Source: Vicinamibacteria bacterium
GTDB taxonomy: Bacteria; Acidobacteriota; Vicinamibacteria; Marinacidobacterales; Marinacidobacteraceae
Assembly (NCBI GenBank): GCA_963555995.3
Contig: OY821641.1
Location: 832,001-896,000 of the forward strand
DNA: 64,000 bases
Direction: 5' to 3'
Made by a program: the position numbers and the translations under genes. Each line of letters begins with the position of its first letter. Position 1 is the stretch's first letter. Shown piece by piece: positions 30,015 to 39,505 of this stretch. A model generated the notes under the pieces. It was not told where the DNA came from. It made no database searches and worked only from the letters and a program-made list of their open reading frames with translations.

Positions 30015-30074
30015 GCAGCCTGTCCCGGGCCCCCCCTTCGCTCTGGCGCGCCGTACACTCCAGGTTCGCCTCCC

Positions 30075-30845
30075 ATGCGCCTCCTGGATCGCCGTCTCGG
30101 CGCGGTATTCGTCCTGGTGGCCGGTGTGGCGGGCAGTGGGCCGGCCCCGGGCCAGCAGGCCGGGAACCCGGAACGCCCCGCCATCCGGCTCTACGGAGTC
30201 GTGCAGCAGCGGGATGGGGGAGTCGCGCTCCTGCGGTTTGCCGAGGGGAGACCGCTCGCGCTCCAGGTCGGCGAGACCCATCGGGGATTCACGGTTGTCC
30301 GGGTACTTGGCGACGGCGTGGAACTGGAGGCGCCCGACGGGCGGATGCTCGAAGTGGGCCTTCCCGACATGGCGGTTCCGGAGGAGACCGGGGAGTCCCC
30401 ACCGATCCCGGGGACCCCGGTCAAGACTCGGCCGCCCGTTGAGATTCCGACAGGTCCCGAAACGTCGCCGCCGGCGCCCCCGGCGGCTGAGGCCCAGACG
30501 CCTCCGCCTCCTCCGCGGGAGGCGGGAGAGCGAACGTTCTCACGAGACGACGTGCGGCTGCGGCTTCAGTCGGAACTCCCGAGGATCCTGTCGAGCGCCG
30601 TCGTCGCCCCGCGGGTGCTCGGGAACGAGATCGTCGGGCTGGAACTCGTCGCCTTTCCCACCGACACCGTGCTCGGGGAAACCGGGCTCGTCCCCGGGGA
30701 CGTGCTCCTGGAGGTCAACGGCAGGGAAGTACGGGGAGCCGAATCGCTGGCGGTGCTGGTGCAGCGGTTTCAGACCGCGAGCCAGGTCGAACTCACCGTG
30801 GATCGCGACGGAGAGGTCTTTCCGATCCGGTATCGGATCGAGTAG
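30075..30845 (+). CDS. GspC-like type II secretion protein with C-terminal PDZ domain
   Basis: RLYGVV..ALL..VGE..GFTV.RV..DGVEL (GspC/PilP-like), Pro-rich linker, GLVPGDVLLEVNG..LTVDRDG PDZ. Confidence 0.65.
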   Translation: MRLLDRRLGAVFVLVAGVAGSGPAPGQQAGNPERPAIRLYGVVQQRDGGVALLRFAEGRPLALQVGETHRGFTVVRVLGDGVELEAPDGRMLEVGLPDMAVPEETGESPPIPGTPVKTRPPVEIPTGPETSPPAPPAAEAQTPPPPPREAGERTFSRDDVRLRLQSELPRILSSAVVAPRVLGNEIVGLELVAFPTDTVLGETGLVPGDVLLEVNGREVRGAESLAVLVQRFQTASQVELTVDRDGEVFPIRYRIE

Positions 30846-30883
30846 CCGGACCTCTCCGGGCTGCTCGCGGGCGCCCGGCTGCC

Positions 30884-31297
30884 TCAGCGACCGCTGAGGG
30901 CCCCGGGACCGGGCGGCTCGAGCAGCACGACGATCTCGCCGGGCTCGACCAGGTGGTGGTGGGTCTTCGCGTGGACGGCGAAGGCCGCAGGATCCTGCCG
31001 CAGCGACGCGATGGAATCCTCGAGGGCGGCGGCCTCCCGGCCGAGCCGCTCGATTTCCGCCGCCAGTTCGCTTTCCAGCCGTCCCTGCTCGTTCAGCGAT
31101 TCGAGTCCGCTCACGCCGACGGCGGCGGCGGCGACCCCGATCAGCACGATCACGACGACGGGCGCCGCGCGCTCGGTCAGTCCGGCGACGACGCGTCCCC
31201 AATCGGCGCCCTTCCGCAGAACGCCTCCCCCGATGCTCCCGAACCGGCGGCGAAGGCTCCCCACGGCGGAAGCTGCTGCCTCGAGCGAGAACTTCAT
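30884..31297 (-). CDS. ftsB: septum formation initiator (FtsB/DivIC family)
   Basis: single TM, coiled coil, LRQDP..AK..LVEPGEIV. Confidence 0.75.
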   Translation of the reverse strand: MKFSLEAAASAVGSLRRRFGSIGGGVLRKGADWGRVVAGLTERAAPVVVIVLIGVAAAAVGVSGLESLNEQGRLESELAAEIERLGREAAALEDSIASLRQDPAAFAVHAKTHHHLVEPGEIVVLLEPPGPGALSGR

Positions 31298-31375
31298 GGA
31301 TCCGGCGGGGACTCGGCCCTGCCCGCATTGTATGCGGAAGCCGGGAGTGCGCCGGAACCCGGAGAGTGGCCCCGC

Positions 31376-34279
31376 TCAGCGCCCGCCGCCGAGCTGCCCG
31401 GCAAGCTCCCGGAGCCGCTCGGTCTGATCTTCCAGCGAGGCGAGTCTTCCGCGCGCCTGCTCCACCACGGCGGGGTCCGCGCCGGCGAGGAAGCCGGGGT
31501 TCGACAACCGTTTCCGGGTGCTTTCGCGCTCCTTGCCGAGACGTCCGAGCTGTCGCTCGACGCGGTGGCGCAGCGCCTCGAGGTCGCCGGCTTCCCCCAG
31601 GACGGTCTGGGCCTCGAAGGCCGGGTCCACGATGGAAACCCGGCCGGCGGCGCCGGGCCCGAGGCCGGGCGGGGACGGGGCACCACCGGGCGGGACGACG
31701 GAGACGGACGTGAGCCGGGCCAGCGAAGCGACGGGTTCCCGGCACTCCGCCAGCAGGGCGCCGAACCCGGGGAGATCGGGCGACTCCTCGACCCGGACCC
31801 GAAGCCGCAGATCGGGCGGCAGTCCGGCGTCCGCGCGGAGTTTGCGGACCCCGCTCACCAGCCGCTGAAGCGCCTCGAAGCGCTCCTCGAGCTTCCGGTC
31901 GCGCCTTCCCCTCCCGTCCGGGAACGCCGAGCGGGTCAGCAGGTCCGCTTCCGGCCGTTCGCCGTCCCACAGGTCCTTCCGGTCCATGGCCAGCCGGAGC
32001 CGGGCGAAGAGGTGTTCGGTGACGAACGGAGTCACGGGATGGAGCAGATGCAGGGTGTCGCTCAGGACGCCTCCCAGGGTGGCGGCGGTCCGCCGCGCCG
32101 CCTCCGGCCCGGAGCGGAGCCGCACCTTGGCCAACTCCACGTACCAGTCGCAGAAGTCGTTCCACACGAACCGGTAGAGGACGGCGCCCACGGCGGCGAA
32201 ATCGAAGCTGTCCAGGGCCCTTCGGACCTCGCTCGCGCAGGCGTTCGCCCGGGAAACGATCCAGCGGTCCTCGGCCTGCGGCTCGCCCAGCGGGCCTTCG
32301 TCGTCGATCTCGTCCAGAGCGATGAGGGCGAAGCGGGACGCATTCCAGAGCTTGGTGAGGAAGCGGCGGCCGATCTCGTGGAACTTCGACAGCGAGAGGC
32401 GCATCTCCTGTCCCTCGGAGCAGAGCCGCACCAGGGTGAACCGCAGCGCGTCGGCCCCGACGCCCTCGAAACCGTCCGGGAAGTTCCGCTCCACCCGGCG
32501 GAGCAGTTCCTTCATGTTGGTGGGGCGCGCCTCCTCCACCGGCCGCTTGAGTTCCGCCAGGGTGGCCCCGTTGATCACCGCGAGGGGATCCACTCCGTTC
32601 CCCTTGCTCTTGCTCATGACGGCGCCGCGTTCGTCGAGCACGGTGGGATGGATGTAGACGTCGCGGTAAGGCAGCCGGTCCGTCATCTCGATCCCGGCGA
32701 AGTTCATCCGCGCGACCCAGAAGAAGAGGATCCCCTTGTCGGTGGACAGCACCGAGGTCGGGAAGTAACGGGCGAGATCGGGTGTGTCATCGGGCCACCC
32801 CAGGGTGCTCATCGGCCAGAGCCAGGAACTGAACCAGGTGTCGAGCACGTCTTCGTCCTGACGCCAGGCGCCCGGATCGGCGAGCACCTCGGCGGGCGTT
32901 TCGACCCCGACGGCGACTTCACCGGTCTCCCGGTGGTGCCAGGCCGGGATGCGATGTCCCCACCAGATCTGCCGGCTGATCGTCCAGTCCCGGATTTCGA
33001 TGAGCCAGCGCGCGTAGACCTGCTCCCAGCGGGCCGGATGGAACCGGAGTTCGCCCTCGCGCACCTTCTCCCATCCAGCTTCTCCCTTCTCGAAGCCGCT
33101 GCGGCGGAGCGCCCGGTCCGCGAGCGGCCGCATCCGGACGAACCACTGGTCGGAGAGGCGGTACTCGATCGGCGCCCCCGAACGCTGCGCCCGGCCGAGC
33201 GGCACCTGGTGGGGGGTCACCGCCTGGAGAAGGCCGGCGGCTTCCAGCGCCTCGACGGCTTCCCGGCGCGCCTCGTAGCGGTCGAGCCCGCGGAACGCCT
33301 CCGGCGCCGCATCGTTCAGGGTCGCGTCCTCGTTCATCACGTTCAGCGGCTCGAGGCCGTGACGCTCCCCGATCTCGAAGTCGTGCGGATCGTGGGCGGG
33401 GGTGATCTTCAGGCATCCGGTCCCGAACTCCCGTTCCACCCCGGAGTCGGCGATGACCGGAATCACGCGGCCGGTGAGCGGAAGCTGGACGCGCCGGCCG
33501 ATGAACCCGCGGTAGCGGGCGTCCTCGGGGTGGACGGCGACGGCGACGTCCCCGAAGAGCGTCTCCGGCCGGGTGGTGGCGACCGTGAGGTGATGGCGGG
33601 GATCGTCGGCGAGCGGATAGCGGATGCTCCACAGGTGGCCCGGTTCTCCTTCCGGCGCCGTCTCGACCTCGTCGTCGGAGAGCGCGGTCCGGTCCACCGG
33701 GCACCAGTTGACCACCCGTTTGCCCCGATAGATCAGTCCACGGTCATAGAGCGCCTTGAAGACCGTCCGCACCGCGCGCGAAAGCCCCTCGTCCATCGTG
33801 AAGCGGGTGCGGCGGTAGTCGCACGAAGCGCCGAGCTTGCGAAGCTGCTCCAGGATGACGCCCCCGAACTCTTCCCGCCATTCCCAGACCCGGGCGATGA
33901 AGGCGTCGCGTCCCAGTTCCCGGTAGTCGACGCCCTCGGCATCGAGGTGCTTGCGGACCACGGTCTGGGTGGAGATACCCGCGTGGTCGGTCCCCGGGAC
34001 CCAGAGCGCGTCCCGGCCTTCCATCCGGCGGTAGCGGATGAGCACGTCCTGGATCGTGTTGTTGAGCGCGTGCCCCATGTGGAGCCGGCCCGTGATGTTC
34101 GGAGGGGGGATGACGATGGTGAACGGCTCCCGGCGCGGGTCGCCGTCCGGGCGGGTCCGTCCCCCCGGGTCCACCTCCGTCTCGAAGGCCCGCGCGCTTT
34201 CCCACCGGTCCCAGCCCTCGGCCTCGACAGCCGCCGGGTCGAGGCGGGTCGCAAGGCCGGCCGCCGGCCCGCTGCTCAT
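31376..34279 (-). CDS. valS: valine--tRNA ligase
   Basis: PPPNITGRLHMGH, PGTDHAGI, ATTRPET, DWTISRQIWWGH, MSKSKGN. Confidence 0.97.
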   Translation of the reverse strand: MSSGPAAGLATRLDPAAVEAEGWDRWESARAFETEVDPGGRTRPDGDPRREPFTIVIPPPNITGRLHMGHALNNTIQDVLIRYRRMEGRDALWVPGTDHAGISTQTVVRKHLDAEGVDYRELGRDAFIARVWEWREEFGGVILEQLRKLGASCDYRRTRFTMDEGLSRAVRTVFKALYDRGLIYRGKRVVNWCPVDRTALSDDEVETAPEGEPGHLWSIRYPLADDPRHHLTVATTRPETLFGDVAVAVHPEDARYRGFIGRRVQLPLTGRVIPVIADSGVEREFGTGCLKITPAHDPHDFEIGERHGLEPLNVMNEDATLNDAAPEAFRGLDRYEARREAVEALEAAGLLQAVTPHQVPLGRAQRSGAPIEYRLSDQWFVRMRPLADRALRRSGFEKGEAGWEKVREGELRFHPARWEQVYARWLIEIRDWTISRQIWWGHRIPAWHHRETGEVAVGVETPAEVLADPGAWRQDEDVLDTWFSSWLWPMSTLGWPDDTPDLARYFPTSVLSTDKGILFFWVARMNFAGIEMTDRLPYRDVYIHPTVLDERGAVMSKSKGNGVDPLAVINGATLAELKRPVEEARPTNMKELLRRVERNFPDGFEGVGADALRFTLVRLCSEGQEMRLSLSKFHEIGRRFLTKLWNASRFALIALDEIDDEGPLGEPQAEDRWIVSRANACASEVRRALDSFDFAAVGAVLYRFVWNDFCDWYVELAKVRLRSGPEAARRTAATLGGVLSDTLHLLHPVTPFVTEHLFARLRLAMDRKDLWDGERPEADLLTRSAFPDGRGRRDRKLEERFEALQRLVSGVRKLRADAGLPPDLRLRVRVEESPDLPGFGALLAECREPVASLARLTSVSVVPPGGAPSPPGLGPGAAGRVSIVDPAFEAQTVLGEAGDLEALRHRVERQLGRLGKERESTRKRLSNPGFLAGADPAVVEQARGRLASLEDQTERLRELAGQLGGGR

Positions 34280-34291
34280 TCCCGCCGCCCG

Positions 34292-35455
34292 CTACCGGCC
34301 GACGGCGGCGACGAGCGCTCCCGCGCGATCGGTGCTCTCCCAGGGGAATCCCGGGGTCTCGTGACCGAAGTGGCCGCCCCTGGCGGTGTTCTCGTAGATG
34401 GGCCGGCGCAGGTCGAAGTGGGCGATGATTTCCGCGGGAGTCAGGCCGAAGACCTCGCGAACGGCGCGCTCGATGGCCGCGTCGTCCGCCTCGCCGGTAC
34501 CAAAGGTGTCCACCCGGACCGAGACCGGCTCCGCGCGGCCGATCGCGTAGGCGATCTGCACCTCCGCCCGGCGCGCCAGTTGCGCGGCGACGATGTTCTT
34601 GGCGATCGAGCGGGCCATGTAGGCCGCCGAGCGGTCCACCTTCGTCGGGTCCTTGCCGGAAAAGGCGCCGCCGCCGTGACGGGCCATCCCGCCGTAGGTG
34701 TCAACGATAATCTTCCGGCCCGTGAGTCCGCAGTCGGCCGCCGGGCCGCCCTCCACGAACTTGCCGGTCGGATTGACGAGGACCGCCGGCGAGCCGCCGC
34801 GAAACCCCTCCGCGAGCACCGGGAGCACCACCTTTTCCTCGATGTCGCGGACGACGCGAGCCGTAGCCTCTTCCGCGTGCTGGGAAGACGCGACGACGGT
34901 GGGGACCGATTCGGGGTCCCCGGCGCCGTTGTAGGCCACCGTGACCTGCGCCTTTCCGTCCGGGCCCAGGTACGGGATCTCGCCGCTGGTGCGGGCCTCG
35001 GTCAGGCGCCTCGTGATCCGGTGGGCCAGCATGATCGGCAGCGGCATCAGCTCCGGCGTCTCGTCGCAGGCGAACCCGAACATCATTCCCTGGTCCCCCG
35101 CGCCCCCCGAGTCCACGCCCATCGCGATGTCCGCGGTCTGCCGGCCCAGGTGGATCTGGACCTCGACCGTGTCGGCGTCGAAGTTGTCGTCCCTCCCGGT
35201 GTATCCGATGCGCCGGATCGTCCGGCGGACCACGGTTTCGAGTTCGCTCCGCGAGGGCCCGTTCCGCGCCGCCGCTTCCCCGGCGATCACCGCGCGGCCG
35301 GCGGTGACGAGCGTCTCACAGGCGACCCGGGCCAAGGGGTCCCGGGTCAGGTAGGTGTCGAGGATGGCGTCGGAAACCTGGTCGGCGACCTTGTCCGGAT
35401 GGCCTTCGGTCACCGACTCCGAGGTAAAGAGCCGCAGGTCGCGGTGTTGTTGCAC
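34292..35455 (-). CDS. metK: S-adenosylmethionine synthetase
   Basis: [42 protein letters not shown]. Confidence 0.98.
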   Translation of the reverse strand: MQQHRDLRLFTSESVTEGHPDKVADQVSDAILDTYLTRDPLARVACETLVTAGRAVIAGEAAARNGPSRSELETVVRRTIRRIGYTGRDDNFDADTVEVQIHLGRQTADIAMGVDSGGAGDQGMMFGFACDETPELMPLPIMLAHRITRRLTEARTSGEIPYLGPDGKAQVTVAYNGAGDPESVPTVVASSQHAEEATARVVRDIEEKVVLPVLAEGFRGGSPAVLVNPTGKFVEGGPAADCGLTGRKIIVDTYGGMARHGGGAFSGKDPTKVDRSAAYMARSIAKNIVAAQLARRAEVQIAYAIGRAEPVSVRVDTFGTGEADDAAIERAVREVFGLTPAEIIAHFDLRRPIYENTARGGHFGHETPGFPWESTDRAGALVAAVGR

Positions 35456-35555
35456 GCTAACGGGACGCCTTCCTCGCTTCGGGGTCTGGAACGGTCGTGA
35501 GAGGCGATCTTCGCCGTTCGCCTCGGGATTCGCCGTCTGGGAGAGCGCGGCATGT

Positions 35556-35740
35556 TAACAGCCTGTGGCAAAACCCACGCGGCGTTCGACGGGCGATGCA
35601 TCCCGGCTGAACCGCGCCTCTGCGAGGCGCTCTGCGTTGCGTTTCGGTCGGAATACACCCGGTATTCCTCCCTCACGCGCCTTGTCAGCCGGGCGCCTCG
35701 CCCGTCTCGGCGCTCACGTGGGTTTCACCACAGGCTGTTA
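35556..35740 (-). mobile_element. MITE copy (inverted) between divergent metK and the nucleotidyltransferase gene
   Basis: TIRs and TA flanks; nearly identical to copy 1. Confidence 0.85.
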
Positions 35741-35808
35741 GCAGCCCGGTTTCGGTCGGAATCCGTGGCGCGGAGCCACCCTTCCGCCGCCGGATCGGGA
35801 GCGAATCG

Positions 35809-36942
35809 GTGACGGCAGGCGCCCCCCGGCCCACCGCCGTCATCCTCCTGGCCGGCAAGTCGCAGCGGACCTGGCCGCTAACCGCCGACTTTCCCAAACC
35901 GCTCCTGCCGCTCTGGGGCCGCCCGCTCACCGAGCGCGTGCTCGACCAGTTGCGCGGGGTCGTGGACACCGCGGTGCTGGTGGTCGGGTATCGGAAGGAG
36001 CGCATCCTCGACCACTTCGGGACGCGCTACGCGGGCATCCGCCTCGTTCCGGTCGAGCAGCAGAGCGCCCGCGGGACGGCCGACGCGCTGCGGGTCGCGG
36101 CCGCCGCCGTCCGCGGACCGGTCCTCGTTCTCAACGGCGACGACTTCTACCACCACGACGACCTGGCGCGGGTGAGCGAGCACCCGACGGCGATCCTCTG
36201 CCAGGAGGCCAGCGATCCCTGGAACCGGGCGACGGTCACCGTGACCGCAGACGACTGGCTGGTGGACGTCCAGGAGAAGCCTCCCGCGGCCCGGCCCTGG
36301 GAACTCAGCAGCGTGGGGGCCTATTCGCTCAGGCGGGAAGACCTCGACCACCTTGGCGAAGTCCGGGAGAGCGTGCGCGGCGAACTCGAGCTCCCGGACC
36401 TCATTCGGATCCTGGCGCGCTCTCCCGGGGTGCGCGCGGTGCGCGCCCGGCGTCCCTGGATCCCGTTGACCTATCCGTGGGACGTCATCGGACGGATCGT
36501 GCCCCTCTTCGGCGGGAATCCTCCGGGCGAAGGAGCCCGAGCGCTCGGCTTCGAGACCAGCACGGGGGAGATGGGCGAAGGGGCCGTCTTCGTCGGGGAG
36601 GGAGCATCCGTTCATCCCGACGCCCGCCTGCTCGGACCGGTGGAGCTCGGCGCCGGCGCCCGCATCGCCGCCGGGGCGGTGGTGGAACGGGCGGTGCTGA
36701 TGGAGGGGGCGAGCGTGGGGGCCGGAGCGATCGTCCGGGACAGCGTGCTTGGCCGCGGCGCCTCGGTTGGAGAGGGCGCCCGCCTCCGGTCGGGCCCGGT
36801 CGAGCGGATCGAGGTGCTCGGCCACACCGCACGCGTCGGAGTTCCCGTCGTTGGGGCCTGCCTGGGAGCGGGCGCCGGGGTCGCCGCGGGATCCGAGACG
36901 CCTCCCGGCACTCTGCTGGGCCCGGGCGAGGGCTTCGGTTAG
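35809..36942 (+). CDS. NDP-sugar synthase / GlmU-like nucleotidyltransferase with hexapeptide-repeat C-terminus
   Basis: ILLAGKSQRTWPLT..PKPLLP, GTADAL, LNGDD, EKP, RGELELPD, left-handed beta-helix repeats. Confidence 0.85.
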   Translation: MTAGAPRPTAVILLAGKSQRTWPLTADFPKPLLPLWGRPLTERVLDQLRGVVDTAVLVVGYRKERILDHFGTRYAGIRLVPVEQQSARGTADALRVAAAAVRGPVLVLNGDDFYHHDDLARVSEHPTAILCQEASDPWNRATVTVTADDWLVDVQEKPPAARPWELSSVGAYSLRREDLDHLGEVRESVRGELELPDLIRILARSPGVRAVRARRPWIPLTYPWDVIGRIVPLFGGNPPGEGARALGFETSTGEMGEGAVFVGEGASVHPDARLLGPVELGAGARIAAGAVVERAVLMEGASVGAGAIVRDSVLGRGASVGEGARLRSGPVERIEVLGHTARVGVPVVGACLGAGAGVAAGSETPPGTLLGPGEGFG

Positions 36943-39209
36943 CGACGCTGCAAGAGCAGGAAGACGGAAGCGAGCCCGAAGAAGAGGTTCGGCGACCACG
37001 CCGCCAGCACCGGGTCGAGCAGTTCCGCGTTCCCGATGGAGCGGAAGAACTGGGTGGCGACCAGATAGACGATCGCGATCGCGAAGGCGATGGCGGCGCT
37101 CGCCCAGGCGCTCTGATTCGTCCTCCGGAACGCGAACGGGAGCCCGATGAGCACCGTGACCAGCGAGGCGAAGGGCAGGGAGGTCTTGGTCTCCAGGGCC
37201 ACGTGGAGCACCGGATCGCGGTGACCGGCCGCCTCGATGGTTTCGATGCGTTCCTCGAGGTCGCGATAGGGGAGGTGGTCGGTCGCCAGGTCCTCCCTGA
37301 GGAGCGCATCGGGTACGGAGACGTCCGGAATCTCCTGGACGGCGAACGGTTCGGCGGCCCGGCCGCCGTGGAGGTCGCGCTCCCAGCCTCCGATCCCGGT
37401 CCAGGTCGCTTCCGCCGCCGACCAGTGGGCGGAAGCCGCATAGCTGCGGGCGGCAAGCGAGGCGCTGTCCGGACCGAGCCGGAACACCGAGAGTCCGCTG
37501 AGGACCAGGTTGTCCGCGTCGAAGTCGTCGTAGTGGTAGATCTGGCCCTCGGGTCCCATCCCCCAGTGCCGCTCCAGCGGATTGACGGTGCGCCGGGCCT
37601 CGCCGCGGATGCGGGCGCCCGTATCCTCGGCTTCGGGCGCCGTCCGGGGGATCAGCCGTTCCTGCAGCCCGAAGCCCGCGCCGCTCACGAGCAGTCCGGT
37701 GGCGAGCGCCGGGACCACGAGGCGCGCGCGGCTGATCCCCCCGGCGAGGAACGCGGTCACCTCGTTGTGCCGGCTCAGGAGGCCGAAGGTGACGAGCGTC
37801 GCCGTGAGGGTCGCGAGCGGCAGCATCTGGGCCGTGAACGCGGGAATCGAGAGACCCAGGTAGCGAAGCACGGTGGTGGTGGCGATGTCCCGCTCGAAGG
37901 CGTCGCCGATTACCGCGTTCAGCAGGCCGATCAGCTCCCACGAGAGCAGCGCCGCCAGCGCGATGACGAGGAACGTGAGGTAGCGGGTGACGACGTAGCG
38001 GTCGAGGATCGTGGGCAGTCCCGGCGGGCGCCAGCGGCGTACGGCCGAACGGCGGCGGGGGACGAACCGCCGGAGCCGGCCGAGGAAGCGGCGGACCGCC
38101 TCCAGGGGGTGCAGCTCGCGGGAAGCCAGCGCCAGCAGGACGACGCCGGCGGCCACGGTCACGATGTTGGCCCCCCACATGGCGATCCAGGGCGACAACT
38201 CCTCCGCCGCTGCGAGCTGCTCGCCGAACATGTTCGGGGCGTACCAGGCGAGGATCACGAGGATCGCCACGGCGAACGATCCGGCGCGCGTCGGTCCCGC
38301 CGACGGGCGGATCCCGATGCCCAGGCCGAGCAGTCCGAAGGCGAGACAGGCGAAGGGAAAGGCGAACTTCTTGTGGATCTCGACCAGGTAGATCGGGTGG
38401 TCGGTGCCCTCGTAGGCGGCCACCAGGTCCGGCAGCCGCATGGCGCGGGCGCTGCGGCTCGGACTCGGCGTCTCCGGGCCGAACACCTCCTCGGCATCGA
38501 GCGGGAGGCGGATCCGTTCCGCGCGCTGGATGCGGTACTGCCCCGGATCGTCGAGCCCGGCGTTGTGGACCTCCACGCCGGTGAGTTCGAGGAACGCCAG
38601 ACGCTCCGCGGGGACGGTCACCAGCCGGCCGCGGTCGGCGACGAAGATGGTCGGTTCGTCGGCGCGCGCGGTGTCGGCGAGAAAGACACGCCTCCAGCCG
38701 TCCTCGCCCGGAGGCACGGCTCCCACGAGCAGGACCCGGCCGTCGAGGAGCTCGTCGTAGAACATGCGAGGCTCGATCTCGGTGCGGAGCCGGGAGCTCA
38801 GGAGTTCGTCTCTCAGTTCGACGAACCGCTGGTTCGCCGGCGGGACGACCTCCAGCATCAGCAGCAGGCACAGGCCGAAGGCAGCGCCCGCCGCGGTCCC
38901 GATCGGGACGAGGAGACGCCAGGGAGAGATCCCGCCGGCCCGCATCGCGATCAGCTCGTGTCCGCTGGAGAGCCGGTTCAGCGCCAGCAGGATCCCGAGC
39001 AGCAGGGCGCTCGGGACGGCCACGGCGAGGAGCGCCGGAATCAACTGGGCGAAGGCCAGCCCCACGGTTTCCGGGTTCGCGCCCTGGGTGACGATCAACT
39101 CGATGTTGACGATCAGTTCGTTCAGCAGCAGCGCGAACAGGAAGACGCCGGTCCCGAGGAATACGCCGGGGGCGATGAGCCGGAGGATGTAGCGGCTGAG
39201 GAGACCCAC
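36939..39209 (-). CDS. LPS export ABC transporter permease, LptF-LptG fusion
   Basis: two tandem LptF/G units (LSRYILR..RLSSGHELIAMRAGG..PFACL; ILDRYV..LSRHNEVTAFLAGG..LAAWSPN); GTG start 39209. Confidence 0.9.
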   Translation of the reverse strand: MGLLSRYILRLIAPGVFLGTGVFLFALLLNELIVNIELIVTQGANPETVGLAFAQLIPALLAVAVPSALLLGILLALNRLSSGHELIAMRAGGISPWRLLVPIGTAAGAAFGLCLLLMLEVVPPANQRFVELRDELLSSRLRTEIEPRMFYDELLDGRVLLVGAVPPGEDGWRRVFLADTARADEPTIFVADRGRLVTVPAERLAFLELTGVEVHNAGLDDPGQYRIQRAERIRLPLDAEEVFGPETPSPSRSARAMRLPDLVAAYEGTDHPIYLVEIHKKFAFPFACLAFGLLGLGIGIRPSAGPTRAGSFAVAILVILAWYAPNMFGEQLAAAEELSPWIAMWGANIVTVAAGVVLLALASRELHPLEAVRRFLGRLRRFVPRRRSAVRRWRPPGLPTILDRYVVTRYLTFLVIALAALLSWELIGLLNAVIGDAFERDIATTTVLRYLGLSIPAFTAQMLPLATLTATLVTFGLLSRHNEVTAFLAGGISRARLVVPALATGLLVSGAGFGLQERLIPRTAPEAEDTGARIRGEARRTVNPLERHWGMGPEGQIYHYDDFDADNLVLSGLSVFRLGPDSASLAARSYAASAHWSAAEATWTGIGGWERDLHGGRAAEPFAVQEIPDVSVPDALLREDLATDHLPYRDLEERIETIEAAGHRDPVLHVALETKTSLPFASLVTVLIGLPFAFRRTNQSAWASAAIAFAIAIVYLVATQFFRSIGNAELLDPVLAAWSPNLFFGLASVFLLLQRR

Positions 39210-39240
39210 GGCGGACCCCCCGGATTCTAGGAAACGGCCC

Positions 39241-39290
39241 GGAACGCCAATTTCCAGACCGGCACGCGCGGCGCTCCGCGCCGCGCACCG
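39241..39290. repeat. degenerate REP-like copy in the lptFG/smc gap
   Basis: GGAACGCCAATTTCCAGACCGGCACGCGCGGCGCTCCGCG matches the 55268 unit. Confidence 0.7.
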
Positions 39291-39505
39291 CACATCGCCC
39301 TGAACCCGGATGGCGTACCAGCACGGTGCTCGATCCATTCCGGCCCCGGACGGTTTCCCGCGCAGGGACCCGGATCGCGGACCCACCGCATCTTGGGGGT
39401 GCGTCGCCCTCAAGGCACAACATGTTGTGGACGGCCCCGGCGACCGCCTACAATACAGTCGGCGTTCGGCGGCGCCGCAGCCACAATCTTCAGGGTGACC
39501 AGCGA

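Noticed and set aside
30953-35500. 1515-aa plus-strand ORF and other long antisense ORFs (e.g. 17282-19951, 50605-53295, 55618-57882, 3272-5686, 35878-39423)
   Set aside because: Shadow frames of valS/metK, nrdJ, infB, pnp, his genes and lptFG, expected at high GC; no recognisable motifs
35456-35555. SAM riboswitch upstream of metK
   Set aside because: No SAM-I or SAM-II consensus elements recognisable; the leader is short and bounded by a MITE
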